DNA of 64,000 nucleotides from Candidatus Babeliales bacterium (GCA_050250855.1 JBFWNW010000001.1:64001-128000), one strand, 5' to 3'. Positions 10,313 through 22,364 are shown, counted from the first letter of the stretch. Numbers and translations are program-made. The notes: generated by a model from the letters alone, not told the origin.

Positions 10313-11297
10313 GTTTTTCTTTTAAAAATTGTTTTACCGCATTTAGATAATCTTGATCTTGTGTAAGATATGCATGCTTAATGTTTCGATTATTACATTC
10401 AAAATAAGTTACTGTATTACCATTATCTTCTAAAACTTTCTTTTGTAGTTTTACAGAAGCTGGCGGTGTTACCTTATCATGATTAAGTTGCGCAATAAAA
10501 AAATTAATAATTTTTGGGATCTTTTTATATGAATCTAAAACAGCAGCTGTTTTTTCTTGCTTGCAGTTTGGATAGAATAATCTAGCAACTATAGGAAAAA
10601 TCCATCGTAAGCCCCATGGTAAATGATTAGCGCTCATATCTTCCCAAACTTTTTCAGATGATATAGCAGGGCATTGTAATACCACTTTTTTAACAGATGC
10701 TTTTGCTTCTGGCGCTAGATAGTCGCATGCTAAGGTATTCAAAGTACTTGTAGCTCCAGAGCAGGCACCATGTAAAATAATAGAAGCGCTAGGATTTTTT
10801 TGTACCAGAATATTAAGAAATTTACTTATGGTTATTTGGTCTTGTTTTTGGCCAAAGTTAAACTGTCTACGATCATGATTTGGCAAACAGAAGCTGACAA
10901 CACAATCAGTAGTTCCAAGTTGCCCTTTATTAAATTCTGAATAGGCAGCTACAGCAGAACGCTCAGGGTAGACATATTCATCGCAACAACAGATAGCACC
11001 TGGTGTGCCAATATGAATATTTCCTCTATAATTTTCAGGTAATTTAGTTGAGAGAGAAAGATTAATACCAGATTCTTTTGTTGCTATAGTGGCACCATCA
11101 AGCTTTTCACGGTTATTGTTTTTTAGCTTTATGACTACGTTCTCAAAGGTTTCTGATGGATTTTGCTGTGTTGGGCAGAATGTTACCAGGTGGAATTCTT
11201 TGAAATCCACTTCTGTGGCACAAGGGTATTCTGTTTCCATAGCCTGGGTAGTTAGTGCTATAAAGGGAAGAAGGTATAAGAGTTTTACTGTTTTCAT
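10305..11297 (-). CDS. Secreted alpha/beta-hydrolase-fold protein with GxCxG elbow
   Basis: Signal peptide ending QA-ME; GACSG, HDKVTP, IKHAYL; shares NHDR.QFNFGQ with 9305-10312; AGGAG RBS before ATG 11297. Confidence 0.65.
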   Translation of the reverse strand: MKTVKLLYLLPFIALTTQAMETEYPCATEVDFKEFHLVTFCPTQQNPSETFENVVIKLKNNNREKLDGATIATKESGINLSLSTKLPENYRGNIHIGTPGAICCCDEYVYPERSAVAAYSEFNKGQLGTTDCVVSFCLPNHDRRQFNFGQKQDQITISKFLNILVQKNPSASIILHGACSGATSTLNTLACDYLAPEAKASVKKVVLQCPAISSEKVWEDMSANHLPWGLRWIFPIVARLFYPNCKQEKTAAVLDSYKKIPKIINFFIAQLNHDKVTPPASVKLQKKVLEDNGNTVTYFECNNRNIKHAYLTQDQDYLNAVKQFLKEKHE

Positions 11298-11440
11298 AAT
11301 CACGCTCCTTACAGTATCTATTTTTCAGGTTTAAAAAGCTTATTATACTACTATTTTACTATAAAAAGGCCTATTTGAAAAATGCCTGCTGTCCCTGCTT
11401 TTTTGCAAGAAAAGGCCTATCTGTGCTATACTTTGTCATT

Positions 11441-12181
11441 ATGACTAAAATTCTTTCTTCCTACGGGGCTCTCAGCAGCCTTTTTTATGAATTAACCAAT
11501 ACCTATGCCTCGCAAAAAGAGGTAGCTTTTTATACTTCGTTTCTGGCGCAAAAAGATGATAAAATCTTGGAAGCAATGTCTGGTGCGGGCCGGTTGATGG
11601 TACCACTTTTAAAGCAAGGGTATCATGTTGAAGGTGTTGATAATTCTTCTGCTATGCTTGAGCGGTGCAAAGTGCGCTGTGCATCGTTAAAGTTAAATCC
11701 CGCACTGTATGAACAATCACTTGAACGTATGACGTTGCCGCATCAGTATGCATTAGCAACCATTTGCGTTGGCTCGTTCCAGCTTATTACCAATCGAGCT
11801 TCTGCGCTACAAGCATTAAAAAATATATATGCTCATATGCAGCATGGTGGCAGTTTGCTTATTGATTTTTTTATTCCTGAAGAACCTGAAGATCCATATT
11901 CAGAGCAATTAATTAAAATAGATGAACGACGTTCATTACACTTAGCGCGACACAATGTATTTGATGCCGATAAAAAATTAGCAGATGCAGTATGTATCTA
12001 TTCACTGCTCCTTGATGGGGTTGTACAGCAAACTGAACAAGAATGTATTCGTGTTACTTGGTATACCGATGATGCATTAAAAGCATTACTAGAAGAAGCT
12101 GCTTTTGTGGTACAAGGTATCTACACGGAATATTTTGATGATGAAAATCCTTCGTATATAGTGCATGCGCAGAAAGTTTAA
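11441..12181 (+). CDS. Class I SAM-dependent methyltransferase
   Basis: ILEAMSGAGR, GVDNS..ML, GSFQL; start moved to ATG 11441. Confidence 0.85.
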   Translation: MTKILSSYGALSSLFYELTNTYASQKEVAFYTSFLAQKDDKILEAMSGAGRLMVPLLKQGYHVEGVDNSSAMLERCKVRCASLKLNPALYEQSLERMTLPHQYALATICVGSFQLITNRASALQALKNIYAHMQHGGSLLIDFFIPEEPEDPYSEQLIKIDERRSLHLARHNVFDADKKLADAVCIYSLLLDGVVQQTEQECIRVTWYTDDALKALLEEAAFVVQGIYTEYFDDENPSYIVHAQKV

Positions 12182-12393
12182 TTTTTATCATTTAGAAAAA
12201 GCTGGAAATCTTTTATTATCTCATCAGATTTTTGTATGAATTGATCTATGGCAGCATATTGTCCATCAAAAAAACTACGAATTTTAATTCTTAGAAGGAA
12301 TAATTGTTGTTGTGTATCAATAGTAGTTGTGTAGTCCATGCTTGTACTGAACGTGCAGTATAGTAATATGGCGAAAATGAAGCGATATTTCAT
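12178..12393 (-). CDS. Small secreted hypothetical protein
   Basis: MKYRFIFAILL signal-like N-terminus followed by S-MD. Confidence 0.5.
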   Translation of the reverse strand: MKYRFIFAILLYCTFSTSMDYTTTIDTQQQLFLLRIKIRSFFDGQYAAIDQFIQKSDEIIKDFQLFLNDKN

Positions 12394-12488
12394 ATAATGA
12401 TTACTCAGGTTTAAAAACTACATTTTTAGTATATACTTTTTAATTAAAGATATTTTTACATAAAGTTTTTACGGAAAGGAAGCATTGT

Positions 12489-12968
12489 ATGAAGAAAAAA
12501 TTAATGGTATGTATGAGCGTAGCGCCATTACTTGCTTTTACAGCCTGTTCATCAAAAGTAGAAGAAAAAAATACGGCACAAAAAACAACACAAAGGAATA
12601 ATGCTATGGAAAAAAAACGTGTAAAAAAAACATCAGGCCTTGAATATGAAATTATGCAAGAAGGCTCTGGGAAGTCTCCGCAAGCTGGTAAACGCGTAAA
12701 AGTACATTATACCGGGTGGTTGAATGAAAAGGGTAATCCAGGAACAAAATTTGATAGCAGTGTAGATCGCGGTACACCATTCCAGTTTACTATTGGCGTA
12801 GGCCAAGTAATTAAAGGCTGGGATGAAGGTGTTATGGATATGAAGATGGGCGAAAAACGCCGTTTGTTTATTCCTGCACATCTTGGTTACGGTATGCGCG
12901 GCGCAGGAGCGGTAATTCCACCAAATGCAGATTTAATTTTTGATGTTGAATTATTGGGTGTTGAGTAA
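12489..12968 (+). CDS. FKBP-type peptidyl-prolyl isomerase, probable lipoprotein
   Basis: Lipobox-like [41 protein letters not shown]. Confidence 0.95.
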   Translation: MKKKLMVCMSVAPLLAFTACSSKVEEKNTAQKTTQRNNAMEKKRVKKTSGLEYEIMQEGSGKSPQAGKRVKVHYTGWLNEKGNPGTKFDSSVDRGTPFQFTIGVGQVIKGWDEGVMDMKMGEKRRLFIPAHLGYGMRGAGAVIPPNADLIFDVELLGVE

Positions 12969-12992
12969 ATTTTAGATTTTGTAATTCTTCTA

Positions 12993-13028
12993 AATAATAA
13001 AGGCCGCATTCAGCGGCCTTTATTATTT
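12993..13028. terminator. Bidirectional intrinsic terminator
   Basis: AATAATAAAGGCCGC-ATTCA-GCGGCCTTTATTATT between convergent genes. Confidence 0.8.
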
Positions 13029-14336
13029 GGTATCTTTTTTATATTTTTTCTTTTCAGATGTATTAGTATCTAGTGCTGCTTTCTTTTTGCTCGGTGCTGT
13101 TTGTAGCTTTTGCTGAGCCAGATATGCCAGAGCTGTTTTGAGCGGCATACATTCTTTTTTAATTTCTTCAAAATTTTGTATCATACTCTCTGCCATCTCT
13201 TTATTATTTTCTTGTGACGGAATAAAAGTAAAATTATTGATATCACTATTGTTAGCAGTAGTAAGGTTTGTTGAACCGATGCCCACTAAAAAATCATTGT
13301 CATTATTTTTTCTGACAAAACCTTTTGTGTGCATAATTGTTGGAAATTTTCCTACCTTTGTATTTTCATCAACATTGAATACATGCACGGGAGCATGTTC
13401 TGGCAGGTTCTGGAAGTATTCAAGATTACTCTTTAAGCAAGTGCGATCAGTCAGTAAAAGTTCCAATTTATTGTTTTGTATAAGATCTCTTATAGTAGCC
13501 TGCGCTTCAGGGTCATTAAAAGCATACAAAGCGATCCATGCCTTTTCTTGAGTGTTTGCAAAACGCTGTGTAACCGTTTTTGCAATATTATGTTTTGTTG
13601 AAAAAATAGTAGTTGGTTTTTGTGGCGTAATTTCAAGAGCAGGATTATTTTTATAATTTATTATCGATTTAGTCGGCGTAGTTGGTGTTTTTAAAGATTC
13701 ATGGAACTTTAAATGTGTTTCAAAACTTTCTTTATTAACGTCATATAAACTTAATTCTTTATTTGATTCTTTACCCTCAAAAGACATGGTCATATACGTC
13801 GGATTACGTGATCCATCAAATATACGGTACTGAGTGCCTTTTTCAGGATGCTGATAAGTCCAGCCAATTGTTTTTGTATGCAATGTTTGCGGCAATGTTT
13901 TTTCATCAGTAGTATGTATTTTTTTACGCACCGAAGAATTTTCATTAAAGAAAGTAAGTGAGCTGTTTGGGGCATTTTTTACTGCTTGCTGAATGCTGGC
14001 AAGGCCCTTTGATATATGCTTATGAGAATTGCTGAGCATAACGGAAACATGTACGCCAGCCTTAATTTTTTCTATTAAAATGTTAACAAACTCTAGATCG
14101 GTTAAGCAAAAAAGATGAGCAAAAATTTTATCACCAGGTTGTGTTTTTTGTACTGACGGTTTTACTATTTTAAAGCCGCCATCATCCTGGGGGTTTGAAA
14201 AGAAAGCAGTTGGTTTATTTGGAGAAATAAAGGTCTTTGCCTGGTAGGGAATAATCTGTCTGTCCATACCTGAAAGCATAGGTGCCATAGTTATGGTAAA
14301 AAAACAGGTTAAAAGAGCTGTTTTCAGATTTTTCAT
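13023..14336 (-). CDS. Secreted phospholipase D superfamily protein (two variant HxK motifs)
   Basis: LHTK...GSRN and MHTK...GSTN; IALYAF; signal peptide; GGAG RBS before ATG 14336. Confidence 0.75.
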   Translation of the reverse strand: MKNLKTALLTCFFTITMAPMLSGMDRQIIPYQAKTFISPNKPTAFFSNPQDDGGFKIVKPSVQKTQPGDKIFAHLFCLTDLEFVNILIEKIKAGVHVSVMLSNSHKHISKGLASIQQAVKNAPNSSLTFFNENSSVRKKIHTTDEKTLPQTLHTKTIGWTYQHPEKGTQYRIFDGSRNPTYMTMSFEGKESNKELSLYDVNKESFETHLKFHESLKTPTTPTKSIINYKNNPALEITPQKPTTIFSTKHNIAKTVTQRFANTQEKAWIALYAFNDPEAQATIRDLIQNNKLELLLTDRTCLKSNLEYFQNLPEHAPVHVFNVDENTKVGKFPTIMHTKGFVRKNNDNDFLVGIGSTNLTTANNSDINNFTFIPSQENNKEMAESMIQNFEEIKKECMPLKTALAYLAQQKLQTAPSKKKAALDTNTSEKKKYKKDTK

Positions 14337-14496
14337 GGTTAAATTTTCTCCATTTTTTATAGTTCTAATCATACTACCAGTTTACCTTAAATTTTCTATT
14401 TGTCAATGGCCTGTGGAGGGTGTTTTCCCTGTTTTTTTAAAAATATTGTAGTTTTTTCCTAACTATGCGTAAGCTGTAATCAAAAAGGATTCTGGT

Positions 14497-15909
14497 ATGA
14501 AAAAAAGCCTTCTTTTTCTTTTACTGTTTTCAGGTTCAGTTTACTGTTTTTATAGTAAAAAAGTATGTTTAATTGCCCCAAAAACAGTTCAGGGAGCGTC
14601 TACGCCTTGTTTGCCCTGTGTGCCTTCTTTTGAACCTGAGGCACAAAAAATAGCTGTAGAAGCTGTAGATCGTGACGTGGATCCACGTTATTACTGGACT
14701 CCCTTATTGTGGGCTATTGCTCTTAATGATACAAAAGAGCTTGCTCGTATTTTAGACCAGATAGAAAATGATTATAAGCAAGCAGCAGAGCGCCTTGCGC
14801 AGCTTATATGGCAAGATTGGGCGGGAAGAACATCGCTCTATTTGGCTGTTGAATGGATAGAACGTGATGCGCTTAAAATGCTGCTTGAGCGTGCAAGCCG
14901 TTGGTTTGCTAATGACCCCAAACTTTTTTTTGAGTATCTTGCAAAACAAGAATCGTTACTTGCATGGTCTCCCTTGCATGGTGCTGCGTATGGTAGCTTT
15001 TCAGAAGGAATTGCGTTATTAATTACGGCAGCAAAAAAAATGTTTGATAGTCGTTCAGAAGAGTTTAAAGCATTTATTAATTTGAAAGATAATTTTGGTA
15101 GAACGCCGTTGAATCTTTGCTTTGAAATATGGGATCGCTTGTATATTGCAAAGCACGGTGGCATTGCAAGTTTTGTACCAGAGTTAGAAGATTCATACCA
15201 TGCAATTCTAAAAAAAGATTTATTAAAATATGCAGCATATAGTGGTTTTAACAAAGAGCTTAATGAAGTGTTGCGCCATGGCATTCAGCTCTATTCGCAA
15301 CCAAGTTATAAAAGAAACACGCGCCGTTTGCAAGGAGTATTGCAAGAAGCAGGATTAGCATATGATTTTAGTAGAAAAGAATTTTTAGATTTTATTACGG
15401 CACGTGATGAAGCCGGCTGGTCTCCTTTAATGAATGCAGCGGCTGATGGTAATGCTGAATATGTAGAACTTATTTTAAGAGCGGCAAATGCTTTTTATAA
15501 AGATGATAAAGTATGGGTTGCTTTTATTATGAATAATAATGATACGCATGGCAGAACGGTGTGGCATATAGCAATTTCGCGCCGTCATTTGGATGTAGTA
15601 AAAGCATTAATACGTGTGCAAAAAGAAATTGCTGGCAATAGAAAAAAACCATTCTTGCGTTTAGCCACCCATAGGACAGAGTTAAACGGTTTTACACCGC
15701 TCATTGCAGCAGTTTATGAAAGTGCTGATGATAATGTCACCTTCGCTATTATAAAACTTTTAGTAGAGCGCGCAGCTGAAGTTTTAGGAAAAGGCTCACG
15801 AGAGTTTTTATCATTTATTAATCGCAAAGATTATAATGGCTACACCGCATTGAGTTATGCAGTAACACCACGCATACAAAAATTTCTAAAGGAATATGGC
15901 GCTGAATGA
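14497..15909 (+). CDS. Secreted ankyrin repeat protein
   Basis: Signal peptide; TPLLWA, GRTSLYLA, SPLHGAA, GRTPL, GWSPLMNAA, GFTPLIAA, GYTALSYA. Confidence 0.9.
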   Translation: MKKSLLFLLLFSGSVYCFYSKKVCLIAPKTVQGASTPCLPCVPSFEPEAQKIAVEAVDRDVDPRYYWTPLLWAIALNDTKELARILDQIENDYKQAAERLAQLIWQDWAGRTSLYLAVEWIERDALKMLLERASRWFANDPKLFFEYLAKQESLLAWSPLHGAAYGSFSEGIALLITAAKKMFDSRSEEFKAFINLKDNFGRTPLNLCFEIWDRLYIAKHGGIASFVPELEDSYHAILKKDLLKYAAYSGFNKELNEVLRHGIQLYSQPSYKRNTRRLQGVLQEAGLAYDFSRKEFLDFITARDEAGWSPLMNAAADGNAEYVELILRAANAFYKDDKVWVAFIMNNNDTHGRTVWHIAISRRHLDVVKALIRVQKEIAGNRKKPFLRLATHRTELNGFTPLIAAVYESADDNVTFAIIKLLVERAAEVLGKGSREFLSFINRKDYNGYTALSYAVTPRIQKFLKEYGAE

Positions 15910-15948
15910 TGATTCATCAGTAATATTTAGCATATAAAATTCTATATT

Positions 15949-16170
15949 CCGTTCGTGGTGAGGGTTTTTCGAAGAAAAACGTCTCGAACCACTTGAACTC
16001 AAAATTAAAAAATTCATATTTTTTTTAAATAGATTTGTCGTTATGGTTCGACCCTTCGTCGAGCTCAGGACAGGAACGCAAACTTTAGTTTGCTCCTCAC
16101 CACGAACGGGATATAAAAAAGTGATTTCGCTCATCCTGAGTGATGTGCGTAGCGCATTGTATCGAAGGAT
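15949..16170. repeat. REP/MITE-like composite: empty CCGTTCGTGGTGAG element with nested insert plus adjacent CGCTCATCCTGAG hairpin
   Basis: CCGTTCGTGGTGAG (15949) ... CTCACCACGAACGG (16109); insert CCCTTCGTCGAGCTCAGGACAGG at 16052-16074; CGCTCATCCTGAG...TCGAAGGAT at 16128-16170. Confidence 0.85.
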
Positions 16171-16182
16171 AAGAGCTACATT

Positions 16183-16830
16183 TCATCGCGCAGCGTTATA
16201 CAGTTCCTTTAATGCAGCAACAGGATCTGGGGTACTAAAGATTGCAGCGGCAACACCAACTTCATCGCAGCCATTGCGTGCAAGTTCAGCAATATTAGTA
16301 CTATTAATACCGCCATCCATGCAAATCATAAAGTTCATTTTTTCTTCTTTGCGATAGGCAGCAAGTTTTTTAAGGCGCTCCCATGAACTTTCTAAAAATC
16401 GCTGTCCAGAAAAGCCAGGATCAACGGACATCAGTAAAACGGAGTCTATCATGCCAAGATAAGGAAATAATTTTTCTAGGGGCGTATTTGGCTTAATGGC
16501 GATATTTGCATGCCATTTATTTTCTCTTATGCGTTGAATTGCTTCTGAAATATTTTTTGTATTTTCAATATGAAAAGAAACGGTGCTTGCGCGCTTGATC
16601 TCTATTTTTTCTAAAAATTTTTCAGCATTTTCAATCATTAAATGGACAAAAACTGGTTTTGTTGTTGCATGGGCAATTGCTTTGATAAACATTGGCCCCC
16701 ATGTTAAATTAGGCACAAAATGGTTATCCATGATATCAAGATGAAAACCATCGCAGTGGGGTTCTAAATTTTTTATGACAGTATGCAGATTCAAAAGGTC
16801 AGCAGAAATAAGTGAGGGGTAAATTTTCAT
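16183..16830 (-). CDS. rpe: Ribulose-phosphate 3-epimerase
   Basis: PSLISAD, HLDIMDNHFVPNLT, HLM, MSVDPGFSGQ, DGGIN. Confidence 0.95.
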   Translation of the reverse strand: MKIYPSLISADLLNLHTVIKNLEPHCDGFHLDIMDNHFVPNLTWGPMFIKAIAHATTKPVFVHLMIENAEKFLEKIEIKRASTVSFHIENTKNISEAIQRIRENKWHANIAIKPNTPLEKLFPYLGMIDSVLLMSVDPGFSGQRFLESSWERLKKLAAYRKEEKMNFMICMDGGINSTNIAELARNGCDEVGVAAAIFSTPDPVAALKELYNAAR

Positions 16831-16913
16831 GATTAGATCCTTTTTTTTGTGTATACTAATCCTTGTACTATGTTTTTTCTGTTAACACAATGAATTTTTA
16901 AGAAAGATAGTTT

Positions 16914-17303
16914 ATGATACAAACTCCGCGTGTTTCAATGCTTATTTTAATGCAAAATAAATTAGATGAAGCAATTGCTTTCTACACTAAAATTGGATTA
17001 ACCTTAAACTTTCAAATTAAAGATCAGTGGGCAGAAATGGAGCTGCATGGTATTAAGTTTGGTTTAGCAAAAACAGATACAGAGCTTCCTGAGCGAAGAA
17101 CGGGCATCATTTTGGAGCTTGATGACTTGTATACATGGCGCAAGGAGCAAGAAGAGCAGGGGATCATCTGTTCAGAGCCTGTTGAGCGTTTGCATGGTAT
17201 CATGGCAAGTATAAAAGACCCTGGTAATAATATTTTAGAGCTTTATCAGCCAACGCCACATAAGGTTCATGAGATGGCAGAAAAAATGAAAAGCGATAAG
17301 TAA
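16914..17303 (+). CDS. VOC family protein
   Basis: AIAFY..IGL, DPGNNILELYQ. Confidence 0.75.
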   Translation: MIQTPRVSMLILMQNKLDEAIAFYTKIGLTLNFQIKDQWAEMELHGIKFGLAKTDTELPERRTGIILELDDLYTWRKEQEEQGIICSEPVERLHGIMASIKDPGNNILELYQPTPHKVHEMAEKMKSDK

Positions 17304-17361
17304 AAATAGTCACATTTTCTTCAAAATTCAGGAAGAAAAGTTTAGTCTTGTGATGTAAATA

Positions 17362-17389
17362 TTGCATTCATTTTAAATCTCGGTATACT
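17362..17389 (+). promoter_or_regulatory. Putative sigma70 promoter of groESL
   Basis: TTGCAT-16 nt-TATACT about 105 nt upstream of groES. Confidence 0.4.
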
Positions 17390-17495
17390 GATCTTGAGTT
17401 GAATATAAGGCGAATTTGGCGACTCTTATTTTTTTAAATAGATTCATTTTTTTTCTAAGGTATTTTTAACAATTTTTATAAAGCAGGGAGGATGT

Positions 17496-17783
17496 ATGTT
17501 TGAGAAAATCAAACCATTGCATGACCGAGTTTTGGTAAAGCGCATAGAGATTGAAGGTACTACCCCTGGTGGTATCATTATCCCTGATGCAGCCAAAGAA
17601 AAAGCACAAACAGGCAAAGTTGTTGCTGTTGGTGCTGGTCGCGTAACAGCAGAAGGAAAAGTTGTTCCTATGGCAGTTAAAGCTGGTGATGTAGTCTTTT
17701 TTGGCAAATATGCAGGGACTGAAGCTGGTGATGATCATCTTATTGTTCGAGAAGAAGAACTTTTAGGTGTAGTAGAACGCTAA
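17496..17783 (+). CDS. groES: Co-chaperonin GroES
   Basis: [27 protein letters not shown]. Confidence 0.98.
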   Translation: MFEKIKPLHDRVLVKRIEIEGTTPGGIIIPDAAKEKAQTGKVVAVGAGRVTAEGKVVPMAVKAGDVVFFGKYAGTEAGDDHLIVREEELLGVVER

Positions 17784-17794
17784 AAATTTATTAA

Positions 17795-19453
<1,659 letters not shown>

Positions 19454-19482
19454 GCCAACCTAAAGTTCTTTTTAAAACTATT

Positions 19483-19510
19483 AAAGGCCCCGCATTGTCG
19501 GGGCTTTTTT
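19483..19510. terminator. Intrinsic terminator after groEL
   Basis: AAAGGCCCCG-CATTGT-CGGGGCTTTTTT. Confidence 0.75.
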
Positions 19511-19940
19511 ATTTCTTGTACCCAAGTTTTTGATAATAATCTATATCATCCTGCGCACGTTTAATTAATCGCTGAGCATATTGTCTCAATTGCTGCTGTG
19601 CCGGTTTGAAATTAGGATCATTAGCAAGCTCTAAAGCGACGTTAATTTTTTCAGTATCAGAAAGATTGCTTTCATCTAAAGCACTCGTTACTTCAAGGGC
19701 AAGATAGGTAAGCGTTCCTTCATTATTTTGTGCTTTTATTTCAGCTATTTTTTTCCATACAGCGCCTTGCTTGCCACCAATAATTTTACCAGCAGAACTG
19801 GGCTGTTTTATCGCTTTATTGAGCATTTCTATTTTTTGATAATCTTTGTTTTGTTGCGGAGAAATGGGAATAATAGCATTGCTATAATGAGCTACTAATG
19901 CAGCGCATAATATGCCAGAGAAATATAATTTTTTCTTCAT
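19509..19940 (-). CDS. Secreted hypothetical protein
   Basis: MKKK signal peptide, GGAG RBS. Confidence 0.65.
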   Translation of the reverse strand: MKKKLYFSGILCAALVAHYSNAIIPISPQQNKDYQKIEMLNKAIKQPSSAGKIIGGKQGAVWKKIAEIKAQNNEGTLTYLALEVTSALDESNLSDTEKINVALELANDPNFKPAQQQLRQYAQRLIKRAQDDIDYYQKLGYKK

Positions 19941-20037
19941 ACAGTCTCCTTTTTTCTTTTATACTACTGTATGAATTTTTTAAAAAACAAGAAAAGATTT
20001 AGAGCTTATCCATAAATTCAAAAAAATGATATTTTGT

Positions 20038-20202
20038 GTTCGTACCCTTCGACCCATTCGACAAGCTCAGGGTCAGGGCGAACGGAGTGAGAAATGAGCG
20101 CAGCCTTTACTTCCCTGAGCGTTGTCCAATCTAATGATCAGGGTGAACTGAATAAAAGTACTATGAGCCGTTCGTGCTGAGCCTGTCGAAGCATTCGAAC
20201 GG
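20038..20202. repeat. REP-like inverted dimer (CCCTTCGAC..CTCAGGGCGAACGG / CCGTTCGTGCTGAG) with self-nested module
   Basis: Same architecture as 22107-22215 and 36454-36547, and the reverse complement of 45398-45556. Confidence 0.85.
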
Positions 20203-20271
20203 AATTTAAATAACGTTAAGTAATCAGTTTGTTCAGTATATAGTTTTTAAGAAAAAATCGCTATTTAAACC

Positions 20272-21771
20272 TTAAAAACTGCCTCCTCCTTTTGCCCAGA
20301 TTCCCCACGTGCGCAGAGCGCTATTATTGTGTGGTAATTCAACATACATACCAAAGCCGCCAAAAAACTCTACTGTTTTATAGTCTGCGCGAGCACCAAG
20401 CGTAAAAAATACGCGGTGTGCTAGTGCTTTGCGTGCAGCTGCTGAATCAAAATCAAGATCATAATCATGCAGCGGCACAAAGGTGGGGTCTCCTTGCGCA
20501 TCACGGTCAATTGCAGCTTGTGCATTAATAGTACTCGCGCTTGCCGTAGCGCCAATATTAGTGCCAGGAACTAACGTGCCATCACCGGCAATCCCATACT
20601 CAGGAATAAATGGTTGTGCCAGTTCAATCTGTTCATCACCATGACCCCACAAATTGTAGCCGCACGCAAGTTCAGCGCATGCAACTTGTACGCGAATCCC
20701 GGCAGTCAGATCAAAAAAATTAAAAGGTTGTACTTTGCATTTAGGTGTTAATATTGTTGTTGCAGGAATGTTCATTACACCATCATTTTTATTGAGCAAT
20801 AAATAGCGGCTCCAGGGTTTAAAACGCAGATCAAACGTGCGGCGTTGAAAGTTACGCAAAAAAAATTGATTTTCAATACTCACAATAAGTGCAATAATTT
20901 TTGCATGCGTATCAGTATTAAAAGGCAGCTGCGCATTCATGCCGCATAAAAAACCAAAATGTTTATTATGGCCAAGAAAAGAATCAAACATATAGGCAGG
21001 ATTTTGTTTTCCCGTTGTTGCCAAAATAGCACCACCATAAAAACCAAGCTGAAAGCCGTGATGCTGCAAGTAACTATTGCCAATTTTTAAATAGATTTCA
21101 GGAATAGAGAATTTTCTGTGTGCTTGCGGATTTATTTTGCCATAGATAAGATTGGGCGCATTCAGTGCTTGGATAATAGTTGCTGGAAACTGTTCTGTTT
21201 TTAACGATAATAGTTCTTGTCGCGGATTTATTTTGTTTTCTACATACTGCAGCGGGAGCGCTAAAGCGACCCATATTGCTTGCAAAAAAGTATGATCAGA
21301 AAATTTTTTTACATCTTGATTTACTTCAAGCCACAATCCTGCTTGCCGCTGGCGTGGTTCAAGCGAAAAGATGCCATTAAATGTAGCAGGTAAATTAATC
21401 CATTCTGCACGCACATCCCGTTCATTATTATTTTGTACAACAGCATCACCTTTTACCGTGAGCGCCGTTTTACCATTAAATAAAAAATAACGCGTTGTTG
21501 CTTTGCTGTGCAGTGAATGTTGATACAGGGGCATACTTTGTACGCTTACCAGTTCACAGCCTTGTTTATTGTACACGGCATCATGCCAAAAGGCAGCATT
21601 TTGTGCGGCAATATTTTGGTAGATCGGTCGCGTGAACATAAACGATTGGCTGTAAAAATCATTATGTTTGGGTTCTTGCGCTTTCCAGAAAGGAAAACCA
21701 ATACCGTGATTATCAGCGCAACAGGAAGTATAAACAAAGAATATATACCAAAGAAGGACTGTTTTTTTCAT
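20272..21771 (-). CDS. Putative outer-membrane beta-barrel protein
   Basis: Signal peptide, aromatic/Gly-rich strand-like segments, C-terminal WGIWAKGGGSF ending in Phe. Confidence 0.55.
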   Translation of the reverse strand: MKKTVLLWYIFFVYTSCCADNHGIGFPFWKAQEPKHNDFYSQSFMFTRPIYQNIAAQNAAFWHDAVYNKQGCELVSVQSMPLYQHSLHSKATTRYFLFNGKTALTVKGDAVVQNNNERDVRAEWINLPATFNGIFSLEPRQRQAGLWLEVNQDVKKFSDHTFLQAIWVALALPLQYVENKINPRQELLSLKTEQFPATIIQALNAPNLIYGKINPQAHRKFSIPEIYLKIGNSYLQHHGFQLGFYGGAILATTGKQNPAYMFDSFLGHNKHFGFLCGMNAQLPFNTDTHAKIIALIVSIENQFFLRNFQRRTFDLRFKPWSRYLLLNKNDGVMNIPATTILTPKCKVQPFNFFDLTAGIRVQVACAELACGYNLWGHGDEQIELAQPFIPEYGIAGDGTLVPGTNIGATASASTINAQAAIDRDAQGDPTFVPLHDYDLDFDSAAARKALAHRVFFTLGARADYKTVEFFGGFGMYVELPHNNSALRTWGIWAKGGGSF

Positions 21772-21917
21772 AGAAGTTTTTTCCTATTAACCAAGATGAA
21801 GAGATTAAATATTTTTTTAGTATAATTTTTTCCAATACAAATCACTAATATACTTTTGTTCTATATTATTTTTATATAGTATGCGGCTACTCTTTTTTTA
21901 CATGCTATTTTTTCTGT

Positions 21918-22285
21918 TATAAATTTCACGGTCCCTCTCCGGGACGGGACCAGCCCCTTTTGCTTGTACAAAAGGGCTGGACAAAAATACACCAACATGC
22001 TGTTGGATCCGCTTGCCCGCTCAAACATCAACCACTCATCCTTCGGCTTTCAGCCTTGGCTTCAGGTCGCTGATTCGCTACCGGTATGAATGTATAAAAT
22101 TATCATCGTTCGCACCCTTCGACGAGCTCAGGGCGAACGGAATAAAAAAAATACTTATCTTCTGGCCGTTCGTGCTGAGGGTTTTTCAAAGAAAAACGTC
22201 TCGAAGCATACGAACTAATTTGCCGGCCGTGTCCGCCATAGCTCGAAGAGCGACGGCTGGACATGAAGGCGCCGTGAGATTTGTA
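21918..22285. repeat. GC-rich structured composite element containing a REP dimer and a GWA/GAA-type hairpin
   Basis: Imperfect terminal inverted ends (TATAAATTTCACGGTCCCT / GAAGGCGCCGTGAGATTTGTA); REP dimer 22107-22215; hairpin 22225-22260. Confidence 0.7.
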
Positions 22286-22364
22286 TAAACAAAGAAGATT
22301 TTTTCCCTGAGAGGAATTGTGAGATTTGTCATTTAAAAAATATATTAATTATAAAAAAATAGTT

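Noticed and set aside
16043..16357. ORFs overlapping repeats (16043-16357, 15886-16134, 22013-22288, 28996-29247, 45288-45488, 49556-49747)
   Set aside because: Translations of palindromic repeats or antisense to real genes; no coding features
17410..17445. CIRCE operator upstream of groES
   Set aside because: Only a weak half-site (TTGGCGACTC); no inverted second half
19999..20020. TTAGAGCTTATCCATAA as an IS terminal repeat (loose inverted match near 36551-36575)
   Set aside because: Match is short and imperfect in AT-rich DNA, with no transposase; not enough support
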